Assembly: GCF_040222815.1 (NCBI RefSeq) | Contig: NZ_JAVKCH010000036.1 | Location: 180,583-244,582, forward strand | Origin: Imperialibacter sp. | Lineage (GTDB): Bacteria > Bacteroidota > Bacteroidia > Cytophagales > Cyclobacteriaceae | DNA length: 64,000 nucleotides | Reading direction: 5' to 3' | Shown here: one piece after another, positions 19,288-27,445 of the stretch | How the letters are laid out: each line of letters opens with the position of its first letter | How positions within the stretch are numbered: the stretch's first letter is position 1 | Position numbers and translations under genes: made by a program | The notes under the pieces: model-generated | Databases searched by the model: none | What the model saw: only the letters and a program-made list of their open reading frames with translations | What the model was told of the DNA's origin: nothing

Positions 19288-19691
19288 AGGCGTCGGTACG
19301 GCCAACGAGCCTGTGCGGTAGAACCGTCAGCCGCCGGTTGGTGCGTCGGGCTACACCCAACGCATAGATATTTCACTCCGTCCGGGCCCCTTCAGGGGTG
19401 CCCGCAATGCTATTAAGTTAAGAGCATTTTACCCTTAATCCCTAAAGGGCTCTGCTAATGACAATTCACTCGCCCTTCAGGGTCAGGGGTAAAAATAGAA
19501 TTGGTACAAGGAACCTCTTAACTTAATAGCATTGGGGGTGCCCGGCCCAGGGCTCGAAACTCCGCAAGCCCTGAAAGGGCGTAATACCCAAAGGATGTTG
19601 GTGAAGCCACATCCTACAGGAAAGTGCCCCCAGATTGGCCAGGCGTCGGTACGGCCAGCAGGCTTGGTGCGGTGGAGCCGTCAGCCGCCGG
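19288..19691. repeat. Composite intergenic repeat block: two about 50-bp direct repeats around an inverted REP-like pair
   Basis: AGGCGTCGGTACGGCCA...CCGTCAGCCGCCGG at 19288-19337 and 19641-19691; CCCTTCAGGG and CCCTGAAAGGGC hairpins lie between them. Confidence 0.75.
19405..19534. mobile_element. 130-bp MITE (non-autonomous IS derivative)
   Basis: Perfect 20-bp terminal inverted repeats CAATGCTATTAAGTTAAGAG; 10-bp direct repeat GGGGTGCCCG at 19395-19404 and 19535-19544. Confidence 0.9.
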
Positions 19692-20085
19692 AGGAGTCTG
19701 GCTCAATCAAATCCCACAAATTACCATACAAGTCAGCAAAAACAGCCACGGTGCCATAGTCCTCTTTCGAAGGCTCTCGAACAATTTTGATGCCCTGATC
19801 AAGAAGGTTTTGATAGTCTCTTTGGAAGTTATCTGTGTGAAGAAATAAGAACACCCTACCGCCGGTTTGGTTACCCACCCTGGTTTGTTGTTCGTCGCTG
19901 GCGGCCTTTGCCAGCAACAGCAGGCAACCATCGGTTCCGCCTGGCGGTGCCACCAGCACCCACCTTTTGGTATCGCTCAGGCGGGTGTCTTCCACAAGGG
20001 TGAAATAGAGCTTTTTAGTGTAAAACTCAATAGCTTTGTCGTAATCGGTCACCACCAGGGCGATGTGTTTCAGCAGCTGTGCCAT
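19681..20085 (-). CDS. VOC / glyoxalase family protein
   Basis: HIALVVTDYDKAIEFY; RWVLVAPPG; EDYGTVAVFADLYGNLWDLIE. Confidence 0.88.
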   Translation of the reverse strand: MAQLLKHIALVVTDYDKAIEFYTKKLYFTLVEDTRLSDTKRWVLVAPPGGTDGCLLLLAKAASDEQQTRVGNQTGGRVFLFLHTDNFQRDYQNLLDQGIKIVREPSKEDYGTVAVFADLYGNLWDLIEPDSSGG

Positions 20086-20089
20086 CGGC

Positions 20090-20977
20090 TTAATAGCCTT
20101 TGCCCGGAACATCGTTCTGGAACTTCTCCATGCCTTTTCTGTCCTGCAGGGTCACGAAGACAGTTTTGCCATCGGCACCACCAAAAACCAGGTTGCTGCA
20201 CTTTTTGCCCGTAAGCGCCACTTCCCTTACCAGTTCTCCGGCGGGATTCAGCACGGCGATGACTCCCTTGCCGTATCGGGCGACGTACAGATTGCCCTCT
20301 TTATCACATTTCATCCCATCGAAGCCAAAATCCTCGAAGGAAGCAAATTCTCTCTTGTTGGAAATATCACCATTGGCATCCACATCAAATGCCCATATTT
20401 TCAGCTGCACACTTTCATTTACATAAAGCGTCTTTTCATCAGGGCTCAGCGCTATGCCATTGGTGGTGCCCATGGCACTGTCGAGCAAAACAGTGGTGCC
20501 GTCGGTGTCAATTCTCCAGATCTGCCCGGTTTTGTCTCCCCAGTTGGGGTCAGAGGCGTAGAGCCTGCCCTGGCTGTCGATGCAGAGGTCGTTGGGCTGA
20601 TTGAAAGCGTCGTTGTGAGCAAAGGTGGAGACCGCTTTGGTGGCCATATCAACGGCCAGCACATTGTGGCCGGTGTAGTCGGCCAGGTACATGGTGCCAT
20701 CTTTCCCAAACTTGATGCTGTTGGCGGTGCTGCCTTCAGGGAGTGTCAAAAAGAGCGAGGCGGTACCATCTGCGGCTACCTTCCCGATGGTGCCATCTTC
20801 TCCAAAGTTGACAACGTACAGGTTGCCTTCGGCATCAAAGGCCGGCCCCTCGATGTTGTTGGTGAAGAGGTTTTCGGCTGTGAAATCCGTGGCTTTGAAC
20901 AGCTCGGCTGATTTTTTTTCCGAGCAGGAAAAGAGGATGAAAAACAGGCTGGTGGCGTAAAGAATAGACTTTTTCAT
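20090..20977 (-). CDS. SMP-30/gluconolactonase family lipoprotein
   Basis: Lipobox ILFSC; IEGPAFD, FNQPNDL, TNGIALSPD, FDGMKCD. Confidence 0.9.
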   Translation of the reverse strand: MKKSILYATSLFFILFSCSEKKSAELFKATDFTAENLFTNNIEGPAFDAEGNLYVVNFGEDGTIGKVAADGTASLFLTLPEGSTANSIKFGKDGTMYLADYTGHNVLAVDMATKAVSTFAHNDAFNQPNDLCIDSQGRLYASDPNWGDKTGQIWRIDTDGTTVLLDSAMGTTNGIALSPDEKTLYVNESVQLKIWAFDVDANGDISNKREFASFEDFGFDGMKCDKEGNLYVARYGKGVIAVLNPAGELVREVALTGKKCSNLVFGGADGKTVFVTLQDRKGMEKFQNDVPGKGY

Positions 20978-20992
20978 GATCTGGCTTTGCCT

Positions 20993-21000
20993 CAAAGGTA
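20993..21000 (-). promoter_or_regulatory. Bacteroidota -7 promoter element
   Basis: TACCTTTG on the minus strand, 15 nt upstream of the SMP-30 ATG; no clear -33 element at the usual spacing. Confidence 0.45.
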
Positions 21001-21076
21001 AAAGGAAAGTCGTTCAAAAATATTTTTTGGAACAATCTTTGGCTTATTGCCAGTATGAACCAAAAAATCTAATGAT

Positions 21077-21631
21077 ATGAAAAAGCTCATTTACTCCGCC
21101 TTTGTTGCTCTGCTCTTTATCAGTCAATCCTGCGTTGGCCCTGAGGGCCCTCCCGGCCCACAGGGGTTTGATGGCTACGATGGCGTCGACGGAAAAGACG
21201 GCGAGGAAGCGTATGTGTTTGAATTCGTCTTCGACTTTGAATCGCCCGATTATGGTGTCCTTCTTGAGTACCCCGATGGTTTTACTGCGCTTGATTCAGA
21301 TGTGGTTTTGGTTTACCTGCTGTGGGATACACTCGATGATGGCACTGAAGTGTGGCGATTGCTGCCACAGTCCATGATCACCGACTTTGGGTTTCTGCAG
21401 TACAACTTCGACTTCACCAAGTTCGACACAAGGGTATTTCTTGATTCCGACTTTAACCTCGACAACCTGGGCTCGCCGTTTCTCGACAACTGGCTGGCAA
21501 GGGTAGTGGTAGTGCCCGGGCAGTTTAGCGGACGAATGGACTACACTGACTATGACGCTGTAAAAGAAACTTTTAACCTGCCAGACAAGGAAATACCCGC
21601 TGGCTACGTTATATCCAAACGACCGGAATAA
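21077..21631 (+). CDS. Lipoprotein with a short collagen-like (Gly-X-Y) stretch
   Basis: Lipobox SQSC followed by GPEGPPGPQGFDGYDGVDGKDGE. Confidence 0.8.
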   Translation: MKKLIYSAFVALLFISQSCVGPEGPPGPQGFDGYDGVDGKDGEEAYVFEFVFDFESPDYGVLLEYPDGFTALDSDVVLVYLLWDTLDDGTEVWRLLPQSMITDFGFLQYNFDFTKFDTRVFLDSDFNLDNLGSPFLDNWLARVVVVPGQFSGRMDYTDYDAVKETFNLPDKEIPAGYVISKRPE

Positions 21632-21661
21632 GCAGGTGTATGGATAATATGTTCCGGTATT

Positions 21662-21689
21662 AAAAGACCCGGCCTTTGGCCGGGTTTTT
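21662..21689 (+). terminator. Intrinsic terminator (possibly bidirectional)
   Basis: AAAAG-ACCCGGCC-ttt-GGCCGGGT-TTTT. Confidence 0.8.
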
Positions 21690-21752
21690 CGTTTGGGGCG
21701 GGGCAGGTAAACTACCAAAGGTTGCCCAACAACAAAAGCTTCCATAAACAAC

Positions 21753-21954
21753 CGTCATCTCGATCTACCGGTCCGATGCCAATCGGGGCGGTGGGAGAGA
21801 TCCCCCAGACCTGCTGCTGGAGCTTTTCCTAGTTTGTGCCATCAACCGGGGGATGCCTCCCTCGTCGCATCGCTTACCTGCACTGCGTTTCGGAAAGCCC
21901 AACAGACTCGGAATCAGCCACACCTCCACTACGTTTCGGTAGGCAGGCATGACG
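21753..21954. repeat. Inverted REP-like doublet with internal palindromic inserts
   Basis: Ends CGTCAT...ATGACG; inner pair GAGATCCCCC / GGGGGATGCCTC; insert CCGATGCCAATCGG. Confidence 0.6.
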
Positions 21955-22061
21955 CCGCTGTGGAGGCGTCGGTTGACTTATTCCCCTGTAATTGCTCCAC
22001 CTACTTCCCACCAGTTGCTTTCCTCCCGACGCCATAATAAATTTATCAGAACATTTAACTC

Positions 22062-22760
22062 ATGGCGAAGCAAAAAAAGAAAGCACCCAAAGTAAAAATT
22101 GAATGGCTAAACCACGTCCTTGGATTTGCAGGAGTGGTTTTGGGTGTGCTGATAGCCTTTTGGCTTAACAACTGGGCAGGTAACAGGCGGGAGCAGCAAA
22201 TAGCAGAGGTGGCTTTGAAAAATATTCGAAGTGAAGTAGCAAGAAATCAGTCTGCCATGGATACGCTAGTTCAAGTTAACGCACGTCAGCTCGGCTTTTT
22301 GGATGCTTACCTTCCATTGGTGGATGATGATATGACATTCTTAGGCTCCAGTAGTCAATTTGATTCTCTTCAGGCGCAATTCCCGGACTTACTGCTAGCG
22401 AGAGGTAGGCTTGATATAGAAATCGAATTGCTTGGCTTGCCTGAAGTGGCGTGGAAAACGAGCCTCAATTCTTCCATATTGTCATCAATTGATTTTAATC
22501 TCTTGTACGCAATTAACGAATCCTATGATCTTCAGGAAAAGGTCGCCGGCATAGACAACCTGTTAATCAGTGACCTGAGAAATATTGGAAATGGCAGGAA
22601 GAATGATTTCCACAGCTTCCAGCGAACGTTGGGCACGTATATGCAATTGTCGGAGCAGTTGCTACTAGAGAAATACCCCAGATGTCTGAAAGAAATTGAT
22701 CTTTTTTTAGCCGACGGTAGTAGGGATACTGACGCATTGGTACTTGATACCATCAAATAG
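22062..22760 (+). CDS. Membrane-anchored hypothetical protein (DUF6090-like)
   Basis: GVVLGVLIAFWLNNW TM helix followed by a helical/coiled region. Confidence 0.7.
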   Translation: MAKQKKKAPKVKIEWLNHVLGFAGVVLGVLIAFWLNNWAGNRREQQIAEVALKNIRSEVARNQSAMDTLVQVNARQLGFLDAYLPLVDDDMTFLGSSSQFDSLQAQFPDLLLARGRLDIEIELLGLPEVAWKTSLNSSILSSIDFNLLYAINESYDLQEKVAGIDNLLISDLRNIGNGRKNDFHSFQRTLGTYMQLSEQLLLEKYPRCLKEIDLFLADGSRDTDALVLDTIK

Positions 22761-22833
22761 CTATTGTTTTTTGTTTGGCATACAGCTATTATAGCCTGAC
22801 AAATTTTTTATCGACATACTAATTGCCCAAACC

Positions 22834-23397
22834 ATGGAATTCAAATTGGTGAAAATCGGTAACCAGATATGGATGGCCGACAACCTGGACGTAGACACAT
22901 ATCGCAACGGTGACCCCATCCCCGAGGTAACCGACACTGACGAATGGGACCGCCTCACCACTGGCGCCTGGTGCTACTACAACAACGACCCCGAAATGGG
23001 CAAGCTGTATGGCAAGCTCTACAACTGGTATGCGCTGGTCGACCCCAGAGGACTGGCGCCAGAGGGCTTTAGAATTGCCAGCGACAGCGACTGGAAACTG
23101 CTTCTGCAAACCGTGGGCGGACATTTAACGGCTGGTGCCATCCTCAAGTCAACTGAGCTGTGGAAGGCACCCAACGAAGGCGCTACCAACCAGGCAGGCT
23201 TCAGTGCCAAGCCAGGCGGGCTCTGCGACGACGACTGCTCCTTCATGGACAGAGGCACCATTGGCTACTGGTGGACCCCCGACGAAGAAGGCAAGAAACT
23301 CGCCTGGAGCTATATCATGGAGTACGACAACGACCACGTAAACCGCAGCTACTACGAGAAAAAGGACGGCCTCTCGGTGCGCTGCCTAAAGGCGTAG
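22834..23397 (+). CDS. Fibrobacter succinogenes major paralogous domain (FISUMP) protein
   Basis: VKIGNQIWMADNL; YGKLYNWYA; GLAPEGFRI; GYWWT; GLSVRCLK. Confidence 0.9.
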   Translation: MEFKLVKIGNQIWMADNLDVDTYRNGDPIPEVTDTDEWDRLTTGAWCYYNNDPEMGKLYGKLYNWYALVDPRGLAPEGFRIASDSDWKLLLQTVGGHLTAGAILKSTELWKAPNEGATNQAGFSAKPGGLCDDDCSFMDRGTIGYWWTPDEEGKKLAWSYIMEYDNDHVNRSYYEKKDGLSVRCLKA

Positions 23398-23576
23398 TCG
23401 GCCTTTTTCCTGTCCTTTCGAAGCCCGATAATCGGCGACATTAAAGAGGTTACTCTCTGCGCTTCCGCAGATAGTAACCTCTTTAATCGCTTCTACAGAG
23501 AGTAGCGGCTGTATTTTTCCAGAGACGCACTTCCCTTCCTGATATTCGCCTTTGTTGCTATTTGTAATTCCTTTTT

Positions 23577-23742
23577 GGGCGTGCCCCCCGCCAGCCATAT
23601 TCCGTTTGAATAGAACAGACACCGTTTGGCGGGGGTCGGGCTATCCGCTCCAAGTCCTCGGCCGCCCCCGATAGCCCCGATAGCCCCGATAGCTATCGGG
23701 GGGGGGTCGTCCTGTGGGCTTTCCGCTGCTATCCCTCACGCA
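23577..23742. repeat. REP/MITE-like intergenic element carrying tandem CCCCGATAG copies
   Basis: GGGCGTGCCCCCCGCC...GGCGGGGGTCGGGCTATCCGCT...GGGCTTTCCGCTGCTATCCCTCACGC; 3 x CCCCGATAG at 23666-23692 followed by its complement CTATCGGGG. Confidence 0.7.
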
Positions 23743-24007
23743 AAGCCGTTATTTGGTTGACCAGCCAGGCCGTCGATCTGCCATTGACTCCATAACAGCG
23801 TCATTTCAATCCGCCAGCTAGCGGAGAGCCGACGTGGAACGGGATTCCCGTGAACTTGCAGTGCCTGCTAATGACTCGCTGCCATCATCACGCAAATCAG
23901 CCTGGGGAATGTGCCTTTGACTCAATACTGCTTAGAGAATTTTCAAGCGACTGCCTTATGTAGCTTGAAGAACCCTCCTAAATATTATTTTTTGAAATAA
24001 ATACTCG

Positions 24008-24049
24008 ATATTCAATGAATATATAATGCGAATATAGACCGGTCTATAT
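24008..24049. promoter_or_regulatory. Two adjacent palindromes, putative operator sites
   Basis: ATATTCA-A-TGAATAT (24008-24022) and the perfect 18-mer ATATAGACCGGTCTATAT (24032-24049), 23 nt before ATG 24073. Confidence 0.55.
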
Positions 24050-24072
24050 CCGGATGATATGCCAGAATCTGC

Positions 24073-24504
24073 ATGACGAAAAACTTCTTGACGGCAATAA
24101 TCTTGACTTTAGTACTGACTCCTGCCTTGTTGGCTCAGAAAATAACTGTAGCTGAATCCGTCGACCAGGAGATCAATTCGCTGCTTCTGTCGATTAGAAA
24201 TACTATGCAGTTTGGTGGTGACCGAGTAGCTATTCGACTTGTGGAAAGTGCCTACATAACAACGGACGAGGTAGCTGGTCTCGATGGCGACGTAGTTGTT
24301 CACAGACTTCTCATTTCTATCCAGCAAATGGACGATCAAGAAAAGACGACTCATAAAAGTTACTGGGTAGACGGCAACTTCTTCAATCCTCGGACATATA
24401 AGTTTGACACTGCTACTAAACGGCTAACTTTTCTACATGGGGTAGACGAACAGCCTAAATCAACGAATTTGGTGATCACAGCGACTGGACTACATACGGA
24501 ATAG
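24073..24504 (+). CDS. Hypothetical secreted protein (first ORF of the cassette-like array)
   Basis: Signal peptide MTKNFLTAIILTLVLTPALLA; no family recognised. Confidence 0.7.
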   Translation: MTKNFLTAIILTLVLTPALLAQKITVAESVDQEINSLLLSIRNTMQFGGDRVAIRLVESAYITTDEVAGLDGDVVVHRLLISIQQMDDQEKTTHKSYWVDGNFFNPRTYKFDTATKRLTFLHGVDEQPKSTNLVITATGLHTE

Positions 24505-24533
24505 AAATGTATGCAAAACTAAAACATATTTGA

Positions 24534-24938
24534 ATGAGCTGGGACTTATTTGTGCAAGACTGGGGTACTGCTAAGACACTTGACGACACTCCAGATGATT
24601 TCCAACCGCAGCCAATTGGAAGGCGTTCGACCATCATCGAGCAAATTCAGGCAGTTGAGCCTTCGGCGAACTTTACTGATCAGTCTTGGGGAACTATCGA
24701 AAACGATCAGTTCTCAATTGAGTTTAACATGGGAGAAGACGAGGTTCTAGGCTCTTTTGCTTTGCATGTTCGGGGCAACGAACTTGCCATTCCTTGCATT
24801 GGAAACATCTTAAAACACTTAGGGCTTAGAGCAGCAGATGGTTCCAACGGCGAATTTTTTGACAATGACACGGCAACTGAGAAAATGCAGGCATGGATGG
24901 AGTTTCGAGACCGAATCACTGGGAAGAAAGGCATATAA
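24534..24938 (+). CDS. Hypothetical acidic protein, cassette-borne
   Basis: 134-aa ORF MSWDLFVQD...; its TAA lies inside the R'' box GCATATAAC. Confidence 0.75.
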   Translation: MSWDLFVQDWGTAKTLDDTPDDFQPQPIGRRSTIIEQIQAVEPSANFTDQSWGTIENDQFSIEFNMGEDEVLGSFALHVRGNELAIPCIGNILKHLGLRAADGSNGEFFDNDTATEKMQAWMEFRDRITGKKGI

Positions 24939-25094
24939 CACAAAGCTAAGACATCATGGGGCCTCACCTGCAAGGAAATGGCGGTGGGGATTGCAGTCCC
25001 CGCCACTTTGTGTATTTTTATTCATCGGCGTGGCTATTTGCGGACGGTGACGGATTCTCTTACCAATCCCCACGCTGCTTAGCTGAGCGTACAC
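24931..25094 (+). repeat. attC-like site A
   Basis: R'' GCATATAAC; arm GCTAAG(A)CATCATGGGG pairs with CCCCACGCTGCTTAGC; R' reduced to GTACAC; core ccgccac...ggcgtggcta shared with sites B and C. Confidence 0.7.
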
Positions 25095-25103
25095 AATGCA
25101 GGA

Positions 25104-25733
25104 ATGGCAATAAAGCACCTCTTACTTTTGTTCTTGTGGGCTTTCGGAAGGACTGCTTTCTGCCAGTGCCCAGAGTTTGAAAATATCGAAGATCAAGCGG
25201 CTTACCTGACCAAGCTTCGAGAAGAGTACCCAACTGCCTCTGAGACAAGAAAGCTTTCAATTGAATCAGAATTCTTCTGTGCCTTTCCGGCCTCATTTGC
25301 TGACATGGAGCGACTTTTCGGATTTGACATGAAAACAGGTGTGGCAGCCCCTCTTTATGAGTTTCCCGCAGGTATGGAGACGATTCTGTTTTTCTCAAAC
25401 CTAAAGAGCATTGAACCTTCGCAGTATTATAACAGGTATATCGACATCAACATTGACGGATACTGGCAGGCAGACAACATCGGTGGTGCCTTTGTGCTTG
25501 GTAAAAGGTTTCGTGACGACCCTGACCAATTCTGCAAGCAACTGGCAAAACGGACAGACGACGAACTTCTGAGCGTGTTTAGATTCATGTACGACGGACC
25601 CCATCCAGATCAAATGAAAGAGGGCTTCGTTGAATTTCATTCCGACTTATCCTCCAAGAACAAACGACTAGGCCAGCTTCTTCAGATTGCCTACGCTAAA
25701 CTTCTGGCTGACCATGACGGGCACGGCAAATGA
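25104..25733 (+). CDS. Hypothetical secreted or lipoprotein, cassette-borne
   Basis: 209-aa ORF with an N-terminal hydrophobic signal; lies between sites A and B. Confidence 0.75.
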   Translation: MAIKHLLLLFLWAFGRTAFCQCPEFENIEDQAAYLTKLREEYPTASETRKLSIESEFFCAFPASFADMERLFGFDMKTGVAAPLYEFPAGMETILFFSNLKSIEPSQYYNRYIDINIDGYWQADNIGGAFVLGKRFRDDPDQFCKQLAKRTDDELLSVFRFMYDGPHPDQMKEGFVEFHSDLSSKNKRLGQLLQIAYAKLLADHDGHGK

Positions 25734-25737
25734 AAAA

Positions 25738-25904
25738 GTGTATAACACAGCGGTAAAAATGAATGTGGGCTGTTCAGGTAAGCTGAGTGTGGCTGGCTTG
25801 GATTGTCCGCCACAAAAGTTAATTTTAAATTTGGCGTGGCTAAGATGTGTTGGAAGCGGAGCTGCTTTAAACTCCCCCACTCATTTTAGGCAGACGTTAC
25901 CAGC
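25738..25904 (+). repeat. attC-like site B (intact GTT core)
   Basis: R'' GTGTATAAC; TAAA(A)ATGA pairs with TCATTTTA with one extra base; R' GTTACCAGC at 25896-25904. Confidence 0.8.
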
Positions 25905-25921
25905 AATTGTCTACATGACGC

Positions 25922-27445
25922 ATGACAATCTCCAAGGGATTTCTACAGAAACGTACGGTATTCAGCACTAGCCTACTCTCAAGCGGGACGATTCTTTGGA
26001 TTATCTTCTCCTATATTCTCTATGCTTTTTTCTTCTTAAGTCGTGAGATTTTTAGGTTTCTCACTGCCGATTTTGGAGATCAAGTATTGCTCGTACTGGA
26101 CAAAAACGAAACCTTCATCTACAATCTCTTTTGTTCATCTCTGGCAGTTGCAATTGGTTATGGACTGGCACTGAGGTTTGTGCTTCAAAACTCAGTGACT
26201 GGACAGTCAGCAAAAGCACGGTTTTTGATGCGGAGGACACTGAATGAGCAAGACTTCTTTACTTGGGCATTCTTATCCTGGTTTAGTAGAATTACAAGCA
26301 TATTGGGGATTTGTTATATTGCTTTCCCAATTCAATACGACGTTTATTTCCTTGATGAGTTCCCTTTTCTTCTAACCCTTCTTCCAATTGTTGTATTCTT
26401 TACCACGTGGCCAAAACTAGCTCTAATCACAAAGGGCTACAGGCTCAAATGGACGGCGATATCTTTAGGTATTTTTGCGACAATGAGCTTTGGATTTGCC
26501 TTTAAGAGTTTTCTAGCCAGCGAAAAAATCAACAAAATACTTCTCAAGAAATCTATCGAATACACTTATGGCTTGACGGTTCCAAGAAGTCAAACGCAAC
26601 AGTTGTTACAACGTAGATCCCTAACGACAAATGTCTACATTGTTCGGGATACGATTGACCCATTTCAACCGATAATCTTCATCAACAATGTCTACACTCA
26701 AACTGGGTTGGATAGTATTGACATTAAACTAAACATCGAACGGGACAAGCTATCATGGATTGAGAGTTCTCAAATGGCTATCAATCTGCACATAGACGAA
26801 AATATCCCAATGACGTTCGTTGAAGAACTCAAGTATCGGTTCAGACAAGACAGCCTAAGGATAATCCAGTATTCGACCGGACAAAAACACTCAAAGTATC
26901 CACCAAACTATCCACAATGGAAGTATTCAGGAATTCAACAAAACCTTTATCCTAGACACTATCCAAAGTTTGTGAGCTTTCTGGATTCGGCAGAGCATCT
27001 TGATTTTGATAAGTACACGATTCGATTGCCAGAATCTATGATGTATAGGGTCAATGCCCTTAAAGAATATAATCGCATTGAAGTTTATGTTGGCAAGGAC
27101 GACGTAATGGTAAATGGGGCAACAGTAACAGATAGCAAGCTTGCCGAGATTGTTTACAAATTCACCAAAAAGTATTCTCCTGACAACGTCATCATATTTA
27201 ACAAAGACAATCAAATCACCTTTGGTCGGTATATCGAATACCTTGATTTGGTATACAGCCAAATAGAGAATCTAAAAAACGAAATGTCGTTGGAACTCTA
27301 TCAACGACCGTTGGAATATTGGTACTGGCAGCCTGAGCTGGAGAGTATAAAATCCAAATATCCACGAAATGTCTTAGAATGGACTCGGGAGGAGCAGCGA
27401 CTGTTAGACTTGATGAAAAAAGCTGGTAACACAACAGTAAAGTGA
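25922..27445 (+). CDS. Multi-pass membrane protein with C-terminal ExbD/TolR-like domain(s), cassette-borne
   Basis: About seven TM helices, then INLHIDENIPMTFVEELK and IEVYVGKDDVMVNG...IIFNKDNQITFGRYIEYLD; the ORF runs into R'' of site C. Confidence 0.7.
   Translation: MTISKGFLQKRTVFSTSLLSSGTILWIIFSYILYAFFFLSREIFRFLTADFGDQVLLVLDKNETFIYNLFCSSLAVAIGYGLALRFVLQNSVTGQSAKARFLMRRTLNEQDFFTWAFLSWFSRITSILGICYIAFPIQYDVYFLDEFPFLLTLLPIVVFFTTWPKLALITKGYRLKWTAISLGIFATMSFGFAFKSFLASEKINKILLKKSIEYTYGLTVPRSQTQQLLQRRSLTTNVYIVRDTIDPFQPIIFINNVYTQTGLDSIDIKLNIERDKLSWIESSQMAINLHIDENIPMTFVEELKYRFRQDSLRIIQYSTGQKHSKYPPNYPQWKYSGIQQNLYPRHYPKFVSFLDSAEHLDFDKYTIRLPESMMYRVNALKEYNRIEVYVGKDDVMVNGATVTDSKLAEIVYKFTKKYSPDNVIIFNKDNQITFGRYIEYLDLVYSQIENLKNEMSLELYQRPLEYWYWQPELESIKSKYPRNVLEWTREEQRLLDLMKKAGNTTVK

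Noticed and set aside
20063-20911. Long antisense ORFs (also 13000-13551, 18685-19305, 30552-31142, 45669-46289, 62426-62998)
   Set aside because: Shadow frames opposite genes with clear family motifs.
21700-22040. RNase P RNA, tmRNA, SRP RNA or riboswitch
   Set aside because: I could not find their signature sequences (e.g. GAGGAAAGUCC, tRNA-like ends); the structure is explained by REP-like repeats. An Rfam scan would settle it.
25687-25971. Short ORFs overlapping attC-like sites (also 24956-25180 and 25668-25880)
   Set aside because: They are translations of the inverted repeats and overlap better-supported genes.
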